Source: Camelus dromedarius
Taxonomy: Eukaryota
Direction: 5' to 3'
NCBI RefSeq assembly: GCF_036321535.1
Contig: NC_087436.1
Span: 98,582,001-98,646,000, forward strand
DNA length: 64,000 nt
Of this stretch, positions 1 through 12,790 are shown in pieces. The translations under genes were made by a program, and so were the position numbers. How positions within the stretch are numbered: position 1 is the stretch's first letter; each line of letters starts with the position of its first letter. Below the pieces are notes generated by a model, which searched no databases, was not told the DNA's origin, and saw nothing but the letters and a program-made list of their open reading frames with translations.

Positions 1-549
1 CTTTTTTCTAACACAGTGCTGTATACACATATATACGTTTATCTCTTTAAGTATCTGTAGGATCCTTAAGGGCCTATGGTATCTACAGCTTGCTATAAAG
101 ATTTGCACACAATATAAATCTGATAAATATGATGAAAGAATGAAGAATATGGGTATTTTTCTATCATAAAACTGGTTGTAAGATTCTTCTAAATGCTGCT
201 AAACGAGTATCGATCCCTACCTAATCCCAGAAATGAGTTTAAAAAACTCATCACCTCCTGTGTATTTGGAAAAAAGCTTCTTGATCCTGTGGGATGGGAT
301 GACTCTTAAGAGAGAGAAATAAACCACAGCATCATAGAATCCATACAGCAGGCAGATGAATAGTCATGGTACACAATGAAAGACTTAAATATGCATCCAG
401 CATCTAAGCTGACTTGCCTGAACTTACAACCTGCATTTACATGGACAGCCTTATAGTTACTCTGTGTCACAGCAGATGGCTTGGTTTTTACATATGCAGA
501 ATTATATCTAACCCACTCATAAAACCTTTTAAACATTAAACAATAGTAG

Positions 550-589
550 CAAGATGAATGTGGAAAAACATTAAAAACAAAAGGAAATG
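550..589 (+). CDS. Candidate 40-nt micro-exon of an unidentified host gene (QDECGKTLKTKGN)
   Basis: Consensus donor ATG|GTAAGT at 589/590; weak acceptor (aatagtag); only one open frame. Confidence 0.25.
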
Positions 590-1149
590 GTAAGTTGTTT
601 CTAAACATTCTGCAATCAGATCAGAACAATTCTAAGTTTGTGATTTCTACTCTCGAAAGGCATTCTAAATTTGTCCTTGCTGAGCCAAGATACCAATTAT
701 TAATATTTTAATTTTTTCTAATTCTCTCCAACACAGGAGGAATTTTAGAATATTCAGTATCTTTTCTTTAAAGTAGGTGAAAATTTTAAATCACTATCTT
801 CCACATTCTCCTACACAGTCACACAATGGGAATCACTTGGCCTTCCTCTGTCCTACACTTAACTTTACAGTGAATAGAAAATACAAAAATCTTCCACTAG
901 TCTTAAAGCATCTGTTCTTTTGTGAGTTTTTACTACCTTCCAAATAAGTCAGCATTTTAGAAAATGCCATTCCTGATCATAACTTTGTTCTCTCTTGATG
1001 GGAGAAGACTGGATCCAAAGAGAAAATGAACCACAGAGTTGTTTTTGTGATGTATGAGAGCTACAAAAAGTGACTCCACACAACTGAAACAAAGGTTAAT
1101 TTTAATTTTTTAAAGAAAAAATCTACAATAATATTGTAGATAAAAAGAG

Positions 1150-1420
1150 ATCAGAACTCAGGCATCTTTAAGGGAGAAAATATTTATACAACTTTTACGG
1201 AGGACAATTTGGATAAAGGGTTGTTGTTTTGCATAATCGCAAATCTGAAAATTTATCTTGTAATATTATATCCTCAGAATATAATAAAAGATGTGTAAAA
1301 TATTTTGTTGCCAGAATGTTCAGCACCGTGTTATTTTATTATGGCAAATATTTAGAACCACCAAGATAAATACAAATAGGTAACTGGTTAAATGAGTAAC
1401 ACATGCTTGAAATGCCATGA
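1150..1420 (+). mobile_element. Old L1M ORF2 3' fragment
   Basis: Degenerate L1 motifs agaatgttcagcaccgtgttattttattatggcaaa and aaataggtaactggttaaat. Confidence 0.5.
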
Positions 1421-1424
1421 AGGT

Positions 1425-1657
1425 GTGTTGGTTATTAAGAGTGCATGTTCTGGAGTCACACTACGTGAGTGGAATCTTAATTTTGGTACTTTCTAAATAG
1501 GAGACTTCCAATTAGTTATACATTCTCTCCATGTCTCACTTCCTCCAAATGAGAAGTAGCAGTATTTACCTCTATAGTTAGTTATTAGCACTAAATAGGT
1601 TAACATGTTAACTTAGGAATAATGCCTAACATGTAATAAGTACTGCATTACTGTTAA
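1425..1657 (+). mobile_element. MIR SINE
   Basis: ttaagagtgcatgttctggagtcacac head; tail cttaggaataatgcctaacatgtaataagtactgc. Confidence 0.7.
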
Positions 1658-2173
1658 CTTTGGTTATGTAGCCAAATACATTAATTTTGTAGAAAACATA
1701 ATCACATGGAAAGATTTTCTGATAAAGGTGGAATACATATGATTTGGTCTTATCTAAACCAGACAATCGCCTTTATAGATCTAGCTCCTTTCATCTCAAA
1801 AACAAAAGTATAACTGATGAATAAATATTACATGAAAATAAATACTCAACATATTACTTTTAATAATATGTGATTTATAAATGGAGACAATAGATGAATA
1901 TCTATCTCCAGATTCATACATGTATTTATAAAAGCATTAGCCAAGCACAATATCCTTTGGCTGGTCTTTAATATTTTCTGCAGAATTCCCAACTGACTGA
2001 TTTCTTCTAGAGTGAAGCTGCTTCCCAAAAATGATGCTTTTTTCCCTACAAATTTCCTAAAATTTCTAAATATAGACGTTCTCTTCTGAATCATGTTTTA
2101 GCTTTCTCCTCTGAATTGTTTTATAAGTTGCCAGTAGAATAGTTCTCCTAAAACACAAATATGACCAATGTGA

Positions 2174-2335
2174 TTTTTTTTTAACACATTTTGCTTTTTA
2201 TTTTCTCTCTTTTTTTTTTTTTTAAATGGGGGTGAGATAATTGGGTTTATTTATGTTTGAAAGAAGTACTGGGGATTGAACCCAGAACCTCATGCATGTT
2301 AAGCATGTGCTCTACTGCTTGAGCTATACCCTCCC
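2174..2335 (-). mobile_element. tRNA-derived SINE (camelid Vic-1-like)
   Basis: Minus strand gggagggtatagctcaagcagtagagcacatgcttaacatgcatgaggttctgggttcaatcccc (A and B boxes); poly(A) tail; TSD caatgtga at 2166-2173 and 2339-2346. Confidence 0.9.
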
Positions 2336-2399
2336 ACACAATGTGACTTTTAAACTGTCTACATCCAGCACATATCTTGGGTACTTCCTATTCCCTTTC

Positions 2400-2635
2400 T
2401 GTGGTTTATTCCTCACCCGGCTCCTGCCGCCCGACACTACTCTTCAACTGAAATAGAATATATCTTACTTGCTAATTATGTATTGATTCATTCCCCCAAA
2501 TAAAAGTTAGGATCCAATGAAGCAGGGATTTTGTTTGCTTATTTTCATTTGTTTGCAAAATTCCTTTCATTCGCTACCTGTTTCCATTGTCTTATACAGT
2601 AACTGCAATATAGGAAGTGGCACAAGTTGAATGAA
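2400..2635 (+). mobile_element. L2 3' end fragment
   Basis: gatccaatgaagcagggattttgtttgctt ... gttgaatgaa tail typical of L2. Confidence 0.55.
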
Positions 2636-4440
2636 AAAAGGATCTTAGCAGGCAAGTTAGCTTAATGTTTATAAACATGTTACCTAGAATCACAGTGTTT
2701 ATGTTTGTCTCTCTTTCTCTCAGTATCCTCTGTCACCTGTAGAACTCTGGCCATTTTAGTCCCTTTTCCTGTGCCTTATTTTTCTTTATTATAAAATGCC
2801 ACGGATAATGGATGTGAGAAAATTACTGAAATAACATGTAAGTAACCTAAAACTTAAACTTAACTTTTTTGACTGTTGATATGTTTTGGATCACCTTTGA
2901 TCAGTGAATTTAACACCTCTTTATTCTACACATTTTCCTTCTTTCAGGAGGACTAAAGGGAAACATCCCATATATAAGAAGTCTTTTTCCTACCTTTTAA
3001 AATTAAAGATGCTGATTTCTCATGATAGAATATTGGTTGTTATGGTGACAGGAGGAAAGAGAGAATTAGGTGGATTTTGGAGAAGATAGGATCGAGATAG
3101 TTAAGGTTAAATTGAAACAATTTTAGTGATAGTTTCATGCTTTAGATTGACCTTGACTGGAGTTTAATTTGCTACTAGTTTGGCACCAGTAAACACATAA
3201 TCATTAAAATCTCTTAATATTTTTGAGCTGGACTTGTTTTTCTCTTCTGTCCTTTTTCTGAGATTGTAAGTGGCCACAGAAATGGAGAAGAGTCCTGGTT
3301 CTGATATTTGTTTGAAGAGACCAATAAGATTGTATTGAAATACAATATATACAACTGAGACTGATGTCATCCAGAGCTTGGTTTTTTTTTTTTTTTAATG
3401 GTCTTTGTCATCGATGGATGGGACCCTGTGAGCCAATTATTAGATTATTACCCTACATGGGCTTGTGCAGACCCAGACTTAAGAAATTCATGACCTGTTT
3501 AAAAAAGTACTCAGAGCCACCTAGAAACTGTTGAGGTCATCATAAGAGAATTCAGGCTGTCTGCTGAATTAAGTCTTGATAGTTTGCAATGTGTGAATCT
3601 CCATGAATAGAAAAGGGACAGAAGAGAGCAATTACAGGGTGGCTGAGAGAATGTTACTTAAATAAAACCTCATCATTGGAATTAAATACCAGATGGAAAT
3701 GTAGGAATGTGAGGATAATTATGTTTTTTGAATTTATTTTAAATAAACAAAAGGTCTTGTGCCCAAGAGAAGACAAAGGGACCCATGAGCAACTGTGGAA
3801 TAAATACTAGGGCTTAAGGTCAGACATGGTTGCTTTTTTCTTTGTGTTTGAATTTTATCTTGAATTTTTTCAGGGAACAATTTTCTTCTTTGCATTGGAG
3901 ACTATTCTGAAAATGTTATAGGCTGACAGATATAGAAAATCTGTATCTAAAAGTTTTTATATTTACAAAGATTTATGTTGAAGTGGTTGCCATTTTCATA
4001 ATTAGGAACATTAGGTTAGAAATTTACCATCTTAAGATCTCTCCTACCCAAATGTGCTAAAGAAATAATCAACTTGGGAAAATATAAAGCTTCCCCAAAG
4101 TAGATATGTTGCTTTGTTTAAAAATGTTTTAAATCAACCAAAAGAGTGAAAAGAATAAAGTATGATTCCACTTTATCAGAGAACTAGGGGTTTTAATATA
4201 TGAAGTTGGGATTACAATTTAGGCTTCATATAATTGAACTTGAATATGCTCTTCACTTTTGTATTTTCTGATTTGATAACCATGTTATGAATGACTTTTT
4301 TTTGTAAGTGAATTAAGGCAACTTGAAGGCAGTAATTATAATACTAAAATGTTGGCCAAGTTTGTTTTTTTCATGATAGTATGCAATTAACAAATAATAT
4401 AAAATTGGAATGATATTTAAATTGTGTTTTACTTACACAG

Positions 4441-4469
4441 GTATAGATATTGGTACTAAAATTGCAAAG
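4441..4469 (+). CDS. Candidate 29-nt micro-exon (GIDIGTKIAK); needs a non-canonical GC donor
   Basis: Acceptor ttgtgttttacttacacag; putative donor AAG|gcgtgt; phase fits the flanking candidates. Confidence 0.15.
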
Positions 4470-5073
4470 GCGTGTATAACTTAGCTCTGGGGCATATTTT
4501 CAGGTTTCCTTGAGTGTGACATAATTTGATTACGGTGGTCCTAAACAAAGTTGTGATGGACACAAGGGCAGATCCTTATAAACTTTCTAACTTAAAGCAT
4601 CTGCATGGAATTTTATTTACTTTAAGTGTTTGGCATGTTTTCTTTGATGATAACAAATAATTTGTCTATGTTCTCCAACATTTTATTGTTGTGTCTCACC
4701 TTTTTATATTTATCTTTTAACTAGAAAATTGAAAACATAAAGGAATAACCATGCTATATGCCTTATTGGCTTAAAGACTTTGGGTTTATAACACATATTT
4801 GAGTACCCACAGCCTGATTAGAGCACCATTGTCAGGGGGTTTGATCTAAGCCACTTGATTATCTCAGGACATTGTGGATGCTGTGAATCATCTGTGGCTT
4901 TCATTTTCTCTATCTTATTGTTTATACCTAATTTCCCTCAAGTGCAAGAAGTTTTATTTTGAGTTTTTTTATTCTTGATATAGACCTATAATTTCATAAC
5001 TATTAGAGTTCTGTGCTTCCAGAGAGACAGTTATTAGGAGAATTAAACAAAGTGTAAGTTTTTGCCCAGAACA

Positions 5074-6280
5074 AGGAAAACATAGACAGAACACTCATGG
5101 ACATATATTACAGCAATATATTTTTTGAACCAGCTCCTGAAGTATTGGAATTAAAAGCAAAAATAAACAAATGGGATCTAATTAAACTTAAAAGCTTTTG
5201 CACAGCTAAGGATACCATCAACAAAACGAAAAGACAACTTACAGAATGGGAGAAAATATTTGCAAATCATGTGACTGACAAGGGACTAATTTCCAAAATA
5301 CACAAACAGCTTATACCCCTTAATATCAAAGAAACAAGCAGCCCAATCCAAAAATGGGCAGAAGACCTAAAGAATCAATTCTCCAGTGAAGACATACAGA
5401 TGGCCAATAGGCACATGAAAAAATACTCAGCATCACTAATTGTCAGAGAAATGCAGATCAAAACTACAATAAGAGATCATTTCACACCAGGCAGAATGGC
5501 CATCATTGAAAAGTTACAAATGATAGATGCCGGAGAGGGTGTGGAGAAAAGGGAATCTTCCTACAGTGTTGGTGGGAGTGTAGATTGGTGCAGCCACTAT
5601 GGAGGACAGAATGGAGGTTCCTTAAAAATCTGAAAATAGACTTACCACATGATCCAGCAATCCCACTCCTGGGCATATATCCAGAGAAAAATAAAATTCA
5701 AAAAGATACATGCACCCCAATGTTCATAGCAGCACTATTTATGATAGCCAAGACAGCAAAACACCCCAAATGTCCATCAACAGATACTGGATAAAGAAGA
5801 TGTGGTACATATATACAATGGAACAGTACTCAGCCATAAAAAAGAATAAAATAATGCCATTTGCAGCAATATGGATGGACCTGAAGACTGTCATTCAAAG
5901 TGAAGCTGGAAAGAGAAAGAAAAATGCCATATGACATCATTTATATGAAGAATCTAAAAAGTAATAATAATAATAGTAGGAACACAAATGAATTAGTTAT
6001 TATTTTGATTTCTTGAATATGTCTAAGCACATTTGACTGTCCTTTATGATGGGATTACTGCATTCTGTTGATTCTTATTTAGTAGTTGGCTTTATTCCTT
6101 TGATAACTGTGTAAGTTTAAAAAGCTAAAGATCTAATCTATTCTTTGAAACAATAATTAGTACATATATGAAAACTAAAAAAATGTGCAGTATACTGTAT
6201 ATATGTATTTACATGCAATATAATGTGTATGTAAAGTCAAACTATAATAATTCTACATAATAAAACTGGAGGAAAAAAAA
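5074..6280 (+). mobile_element. 5'-truncated LINE-1: frameshifted ORF2 C-terminus plus atypical 3' end
   Basis: ORFs 5097-5934 give L1 ORF2 motifs [46 protein letters not shown]; 18-bp TSD aagtttttgcccagaaca (5056-5073) / aagattttgtccagaaca (6281-6298). Confidence 0.95.
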
Positions 6281-7769
6281 AAGATTTTGTCCAGAACATT
6301 CTGGTACTATTAGGTGTTACTGGTGGCAGGGGGAAGGGGAAAGAATGCAGGTGACTTTAAATAGGAAATAGTGGAGGACAAACACTAGCTCCCAAATCCT
6401 AAATTATTACTGTAGATTTTATAACCTGGATTCTTTATTCAGAACTCCTAAGTGTGAATATTAGAGAAAGTCAAAACAATAGATGTCAGTTATACATTGC
6501 CTAATTAAATACAATAGGATGTGATATGCATTAATAGATCTAACATACAATGCATTCCATTTTGACAGTTAAATAGTATCTAAACCTTAAAGTAATGTTA
6601 CTATGGATAAAAAATTTAAGAAATATATTTTAATGGAAATTTTTTTGGAAAAATAAGAAGATATTTGGATTATACCAAATATAATTATACCAAGTATAAA
6701 CTACCAAGTAGTTCCAAGATGAATTAGAATTCTAAAATTAATTTTATTTAATATCTAAAATGTTCCAGATATTAATTTAAAATGTTATATTACCACAGTT
6801 TCTTTGACATTAATTTTAGCCTTTATTTTTTTGCTAAGTTGTGAGAACTGGAGGATAAATATATATAGCATTCATAAATTGATGATCTCTTTTTCAATGA
6901 CTTACTAAAACAGCAATCATAAACATATTAAGTAAAATGCAATTCTTAATATATTTTGATAGTCTTAGAATTCAAGTAGAAAACTGAGTTTAAGAAGAAT
7001 GCTCATCTCTCTGGTCATTACTATAAAAATTAACATTATAGCAGTTGTTTTTCTGGGGATTATTTAAAAAAGATGATGGCTATGAAACACATGCAGTATA
7101 TGGTGAATTATGAAAGCAATTATCTGGATGCTTAAGAAGAATATTCTAAAGCACCGAGATGAGCTGCTACATGAGGAAAACAGATGATTTTTGGATTAAT
7201 CATTTAACATCTTCAGTTCTCCACTTGAAAAAACTGAATCTGTACAACAAATTACTAAATTAAACCAAATGAACAAATGCTCACTATTCTATTGTTCCAT
7301 AAATAGTGATATGCTTAAGTATTCAATGTGTCCTTTGACTAGGTTATTAATGATTTGTATAAATATATATTTTACAGAGATGTTCATGCATGAAGCACTT
7401 AAAACATACTTAGAGTACACATATAACTAAACTACTTACTTTAGAAAGAATTTCAATTTTTCATAATTATCAGAATAAAATGTAACAATGAACTTTCTAC
7501 ATTGAAGTATTCAAAGGAGTAATTTCTGACACTGCTTAACAGACCCAATCGATGGTAGCTATAGGTAAAATCCACCCACCACCAAAAAAAGAGGAAAATA
7601 TTAAATCTAAAGGAAAAAAAAAGTAACATATATTCTTGTGAGGTCCTCTGATGTTCTTTTGGCAAATATTTAAGGAAAGTGCAAATTACTTATACTTTTC
7701 TGTGAAGATCTACAGAAGTTAATAATGTATATTTTTTCATTTGTTTCTGTCTTTAAACATCTGCTGAAG

Positions 7770-7792
7770 ACATTGAACAGAACAAATGGGAG
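7770..7792 (+). CDS. Candidate 23-nt micro-exon (TLNRTNGR)
   Basis: Pyrimidine tract ttttttcatttgtttctgtcttt, first AG at 7768-7769; donor GAG|gtaaca. Confidence 0.25.
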
Positions 7793-10029
7793 GTAACAGA
7801 TAATTTCCTAAGTAGTCATAGATTAGTGAAAGATGACCTTAACCATTCTGGGCAGACAGCTATGAAAAATCCATGGCCTTCTGCTCATTTCCCTACCCTT
7901 TAATCATACATGAGTCTTTCAAAAAAAATGGGCTTGATTAAATCAACCTCCTTGACTCTTATATACATTAGTGAGTTAAACCCCTTTTCTTTTGTTTTTT
8001 CCACTAAAGTATCAACTACAGTTTATTAAATTTTAAGTTTGTAACTAAATTTTGTTATGAGATTTTATTAATCTGCAATCTAATTACATTTTCTTCCTAA
8101 CCAAACTGAAACTGTACACATGGTAAGAGTGTGAGCCTTTCCAATTGCTGGATCTGTTATTTTCTCCCTTGATTCTGTCACATCCTCTTTATATACAAAA
8201 CCTATTAAATTGATTATTTTTCTGTGTAATAAAAAGTGTGTTCTATTGTTCATGTTTTCATAAGTTAAATCTTAGTATATATTATTTTGCTAAACAGTAA
8301 CTAAATACATGAAGCTTAGGAATAAATTATATACACATACGTATATGTATGTATATACATAGGTATGTATGTTTTCCCACCATATTTCAATAGTACTTGA
8401 ATTAAATGCAAATTCCTTGATACAATTACACATACTTTTGAAAATACGATCTATAATACGAGCTTTTTGTACGTGCAAAGCATTAGTTTCTTCTCTTAGT
8501 GTGGACCCTAAATTATAAAGACATGGGTCAGCTCAGATTAGAAAACTCTACTGGATCACCTTCAAACTCTCCCCAACTTTTAAATAGTACTAATCTGTTC
8601 CAGCCTCTCCTCTTTACCCCTACGTATGTAAAATTACATGAACACTAAATTTTGATAAGCTTGTTAAACTACAATGCGTTAACATTTTTCACATATGTAA
8701 ATATGGATGCTCTCTTAGGATAGTATTTTCATTGAATACATTAATTCTAGTTTGTGAGCACATGTGATAAAATACATCCAAATCTATGACATTCACAAGC
8801 TCTCAAGTTTAAAAATCATTGTCAGAATATTCAGTGCATTCACACTGACTTTAAATCTTAGACTCCATTACTTTTGTACATCAAAACACATAAAAAGAAA
8901 CACAGGACCTTGAAATAATTCTAATAAATCATCTTGTAACTAAGCGTTCCAACATGCCCAACTGTTCTGTGACACTAAATTAACATGTGCAAAGTTGTGG
9001 ATTATCTAAGCCTGAATTTTGGCATTATTTCATTGATAAATGATTACATAATAAAACATTGATGTCTCTAACCATAAGCGAATTGTCAGTGTGTTTTGCA
9101 CATTGTCACTGCCTGCCACAGTTTCTTGTGTTGAAAGAGTTTCAAGGAATTAAAATGTGTTACTGTTGTTCAGGTCATACCAGCTTCTGAAGAGATGAAA
9201 GAAAACTACTGCTATGATACCAAAAAAAAAAAAAAAAAAAAACCAAAAAAAAAAAACACTTAGTGCTTATTTGTTTTTGTTTCAAGTCCGAAGTTTCATT
9301 TTGTAATCATAAACTGTTAGGCTAAACCAAAGCCTAACATATGCAGATAGCACTATTTTTCCAAAGAGAGATGATATACAAATAAAATAAGAACACTTTG
9401 AAACATTCTCATAAGAGATATTGGAGAACATATGCTGTGTGTTTGTGAGTCAGTGGTTTTAATAATCCTCTAGTGCTTTTAGCCAATCCTGGATCATCTT
9501 AGATGTATTATTCATAGAAACATATTTACAAAATTGTGTTCGTATTTTATTTAAACAAGAAAGAATGTGGCCTGTGTAATTCAGTTGGGGCACATTTATT
9601 ATTTCTCTCATCATCTAGGATTTGAAAATTCTCTTTATTAATCTTTCTCATTCTTCTGAGAAAAGCCAAAAGATGGTGATCTCAGAGATCAAGTGCTACT
9701 AGTCCTATGTTTATAGAAGAAGTTAATCAGTGGTTTGTGAGAAGTCCTAAAGGTTCATGGATGAACAAAGTGATGTTTTACTATAAGCTTTCTCTTAAAC
9801 ATCTGAGAAAAATAAGGCCACAAGATAATTTTCTTCTTTGAAACTTAAACTTGAGTTATTTACTGAAAAAAGTTAGAAGTGTCATATCATTACATATTTA
9901 ACATTATCTTTTTCAAAGCCTTTCTGTCCCCTAAAGATAAGCATAGATCATTGGTTGATATTATTTTCTCAAAGAATGCACTTTTACAAGGTACTGTAAA
10001 CATCATTTTTACATTGCTGTTGGTGGCTG

Positions 10030-10250
10030 TGTTGATATGAGCAATAGAGACAAGTGATAATAGCTATTAACTACCTGCTACGTACTATGAACAGTATACT
10101 TACTCCTCACCCAGCTGTCTAAGATGGGCCTTTCTTATTTCTTATAGATGATGACAATGAGCTGGAAAGAGTTTACTTGCCTTTTCCAAGATCATGAAAT
10201 TAATATGTAAGCTTCATGTCTTTCTGTCTTAAAAGTCTATGTTCTTTCCA
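10030..10250 (-). mobile_element. MIR SINE (degenerate)
   Basis: cttatagatgatgacaatgagctggaaagagtttacttgccttttccaagatcatg resembles the antisense MIR core. Confidence 0.55.
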
Positions 10251-10766
10251 GCAATATGCCTATGAATGTTGAGTATTTGTTTGTGAAAGGAGTCAAGGTG
10301 TCTCTTTAAGACCTTGGTCTTGGCCAGTGGGTTTCTCATGAGATAGTAAGGATACTGGACAACGTACTGGAATGTGTATCAGCATTATGACCTTGGTAAA
10401 TTTTTAATTTTATAGATATCTCCAAAATAAAAATAAATGAAAAATGATTAATAATTGTAAAGAATCTTTTCCTCCCACTTCTAAATATTTTTATTTGCTA
10501 TATACAAATATATTTTTTAAAATATTTCAGCAGTTATCATGAACGATAGCTCCATGAGTAGACATTCATATTGTCCCATGTCACCTTGATCTCATTTTGC
10601 TGTGGCCCCTGATATTCTGTTCAACATGAATAGCTAAAAAGTTGATTTTATTAGCAAGAATGTTTTTGACAACATTTGTGGAATTAATAATGTACACTAT
10701 TTTAAAATGTATCACTTTTACTTTTGATATGTATGTATTACATTTGGTATTTTATAATATGCATAG

Positions 10767-10803
10767 ATACAAATATAATGGAAGTTTGTTTGAGGAGGCT
10801 AAG
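10767..10803 (+). CDS. Candidate 37-nt micro-exon (YKYNGSLFEEAK)
   Basis: About 100-nt AG-free T-rich zone before the TAG acceptor; perfect donor AAG|gtaagt; purine-rich exon body. Confidence 0.4.
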
Positions 10804-11483
10804 GTAAGTCAATGGTGTATGATATTCCTATTCAGACACGTTGATTCAGTGGCAACATCAAAAACATGCTTACTTACCACAGCGGGGAAATAGTTTCACC
10901 ATTTTGCTTCGTTCCTTACCAAGATAATAATCAAAGTGTAGAGAGGATATTTGCATATGAAGTCAGTGATATAAAATTAAGAAGCAATGCTTGATAATTA
11001 TGAAAGGAGAGGTCTAGATAGGTTGTAAGAATTCAGAAGAGGAGTGATCAGTGAGGAATGATGTGCTCATAAAAGATATTGTTCAAAAAGTTAATTATGA
11101 GTGGTCAAACAGAGCCTTCGGACTTCAGTGCTGGTCTGACACATGAGAAGGTAGAGGTTTGTCCACATAAAGGTGAGCTGTTTGTTTCTTTTTTCTAATC
11201 AGAATAGAAAAGAACACCTTCACTAAATCAATGACTGCATACCACATGCCAGAGGCCTTATTAGTTTATTCCAGCACCCATACCATGTCCAATGCAGTAA
11301 ATGCGACCATGAGTATTACTTTGTTGAGTTTGTGATGGTCTTTAGTCATGACCCAGGATCCACCCTGTTTCTGCAGGGTCCATTTTGGTGAATAATTGAA
11401 CTGGATAAATTAGGGGTAGATACAGCTGCACATTTTAGGTATTTAATGGTTCCCAAATCTCTTCCAGTCTCATTCTCTCCACA

Positions 11484-11700
11484 AACAAAACAGAAACAGA
11501 GTCATAGATACATTGGACAAACAGGTGGTTGTCAGAGGGGAGGAGGACGGAGGATTGAATGAAATAAGTAAGAGAAATTACAATGTACAAATTTCCAGGT
11601 ACAAAATAAATGTCACAAGTATGAAATACACAGCATGGTGAATACAGTCAATGATAGTATAATGTCTTTGTATGGTGACAGCACTAACTAGACTAACACA
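11484..11700 (+). mobile_element. L1 3'UTR fragment (L1MA-like)
   Basis: aaacaaaacagaaacagagtcatagatac...ggtggttgtcagagggg...gtacaaatttccaggtacaaaataaat. Confidence 0.75.
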
Positions 11701-11714
11701 GCATTGTGGTCAAT

Positions 11715-12098
11715 TACAAACAAACTCATAAAAAAATAGATCATATTTGTTGTTCCCTGGGGTGGGGGTGTGAGGAGAGGGAGCTTTAAATGAAAGTGGT
11801 CAAAAGGTACAAACTCCCAGTTATGAGATAAATGAGCAGTGGGGATATAATGTACAACATGATCAGTATAATTATCACTGCTGTATGTTATATATGAAAG
11901 TGGTTAAGAGAGCAAATCCTCAGAGGTCTCATCACAAGGAAATTTTTTTTCTTTTATTTTGTATCTGTATGAGATGATAGATGTTCACTAAACTTATGGT
12001 AATCATTTCTTGATGTATGTGAGTCAAATCATCATGCTGTACACCTTAAACTGATAGAGTGCTGTATGTCAATTGCATCTCAATAAAGATGGAAAAAA
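11715..12098 (+). mobile_element. L1MA9-like 3'UTR
   Basis: ggtcaaaaggtacaaactcccagttatgagataaat ... ctgtacaccttaaac ... caattgcatctcaataaagatggaaaaaa. Confidence 0.85.
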
Positions 12099-12114
12099 TC
12101 CATCAATGTTTAAA

Positions 12115-12790
12115 AATAATTCAAGCATTTATTAATTCAAATAGTTCAGAGGTCAGGAATCTGAGAGGTTTAAGCTAGGTAGTTTTGGCTTGGAGTCTCT
12201 CAGAAGGTTGCAGTCAAGATGTCAGCCAGAGATAAAGTCATCTGAAAGCCTGAATGAGACTGGAGGATCCAGCCCCGTGGCAACTCACTTGCACATCTGC
12301 CACAGTTAGTTCTGGTTGTGATCTAGCCACATGGGACCCTCCATAGGTTGCTTGAGAGTCCTCATGACATGGTAGCTGGCTTTCACCAAAGTAATGATCC
12401 AAGAGAAGATGCCGCAGAATATTTTTTAGGACTTAGCCATGGAAATCATATGCCATCTCTTCCGCCGTATTCTATTGGTCTCATAGACCAACTCTGATTC
12501 AGCGGGGGATGGGACCACTCAAAGGCTTACATACCAAGAGGAGGAAATCACTGGGGGCCAACTTGGAGGCTGGCAACTACAGTCTGCTTTCTGAGTCCCA
12601 GCATTAAAATCTCTTCCACATAAAAATAAACTCCCCTTCAAGTATCTCAAGTTTGATCCATTATGGTATCAGTTCAAAGTCTAGAATTGCCATCGAAATT
12701 GAGACCAGGTGTGGATAAATTTCCTCCAGTGTAGTTCTTCAAATACAGCTCCTCAAATACAGTTCCTCTCAATCTAAAGGCTGAATTACC
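12115..12790 (-). mobile_element. MaLR (MLT1) LTR plus adjacent internal fragment
   Basis: ggtcaggaatctgag, gaaggttgcagtcaagatgtcagcc, cctcatgacatggtagctggcttt, tattctattggtc, ggaggctggcaactaca are MLT1 antisense hallmarks. Confidence 0.8.

Noticed and set aside
2724..2838. Exon-like segment (ctctcag acceptor, cat|gtaagt donor)
   Set aside because: The 3' part looks MIR-derived and it does not fit the candidate exon chain
6671..6712. Three ~15-bp units (taccaa core), CRISPR-like at a glance
   Set aside because: Short degenerate tandem duplication with no spacers or cas genes, in mammalian DNA
10878..10902. Minus-strand MVKLFPRC followed by gtaagt
   Set aside because: Isolated donor with no supporting promoter or partner exon; chance occurrence is likely
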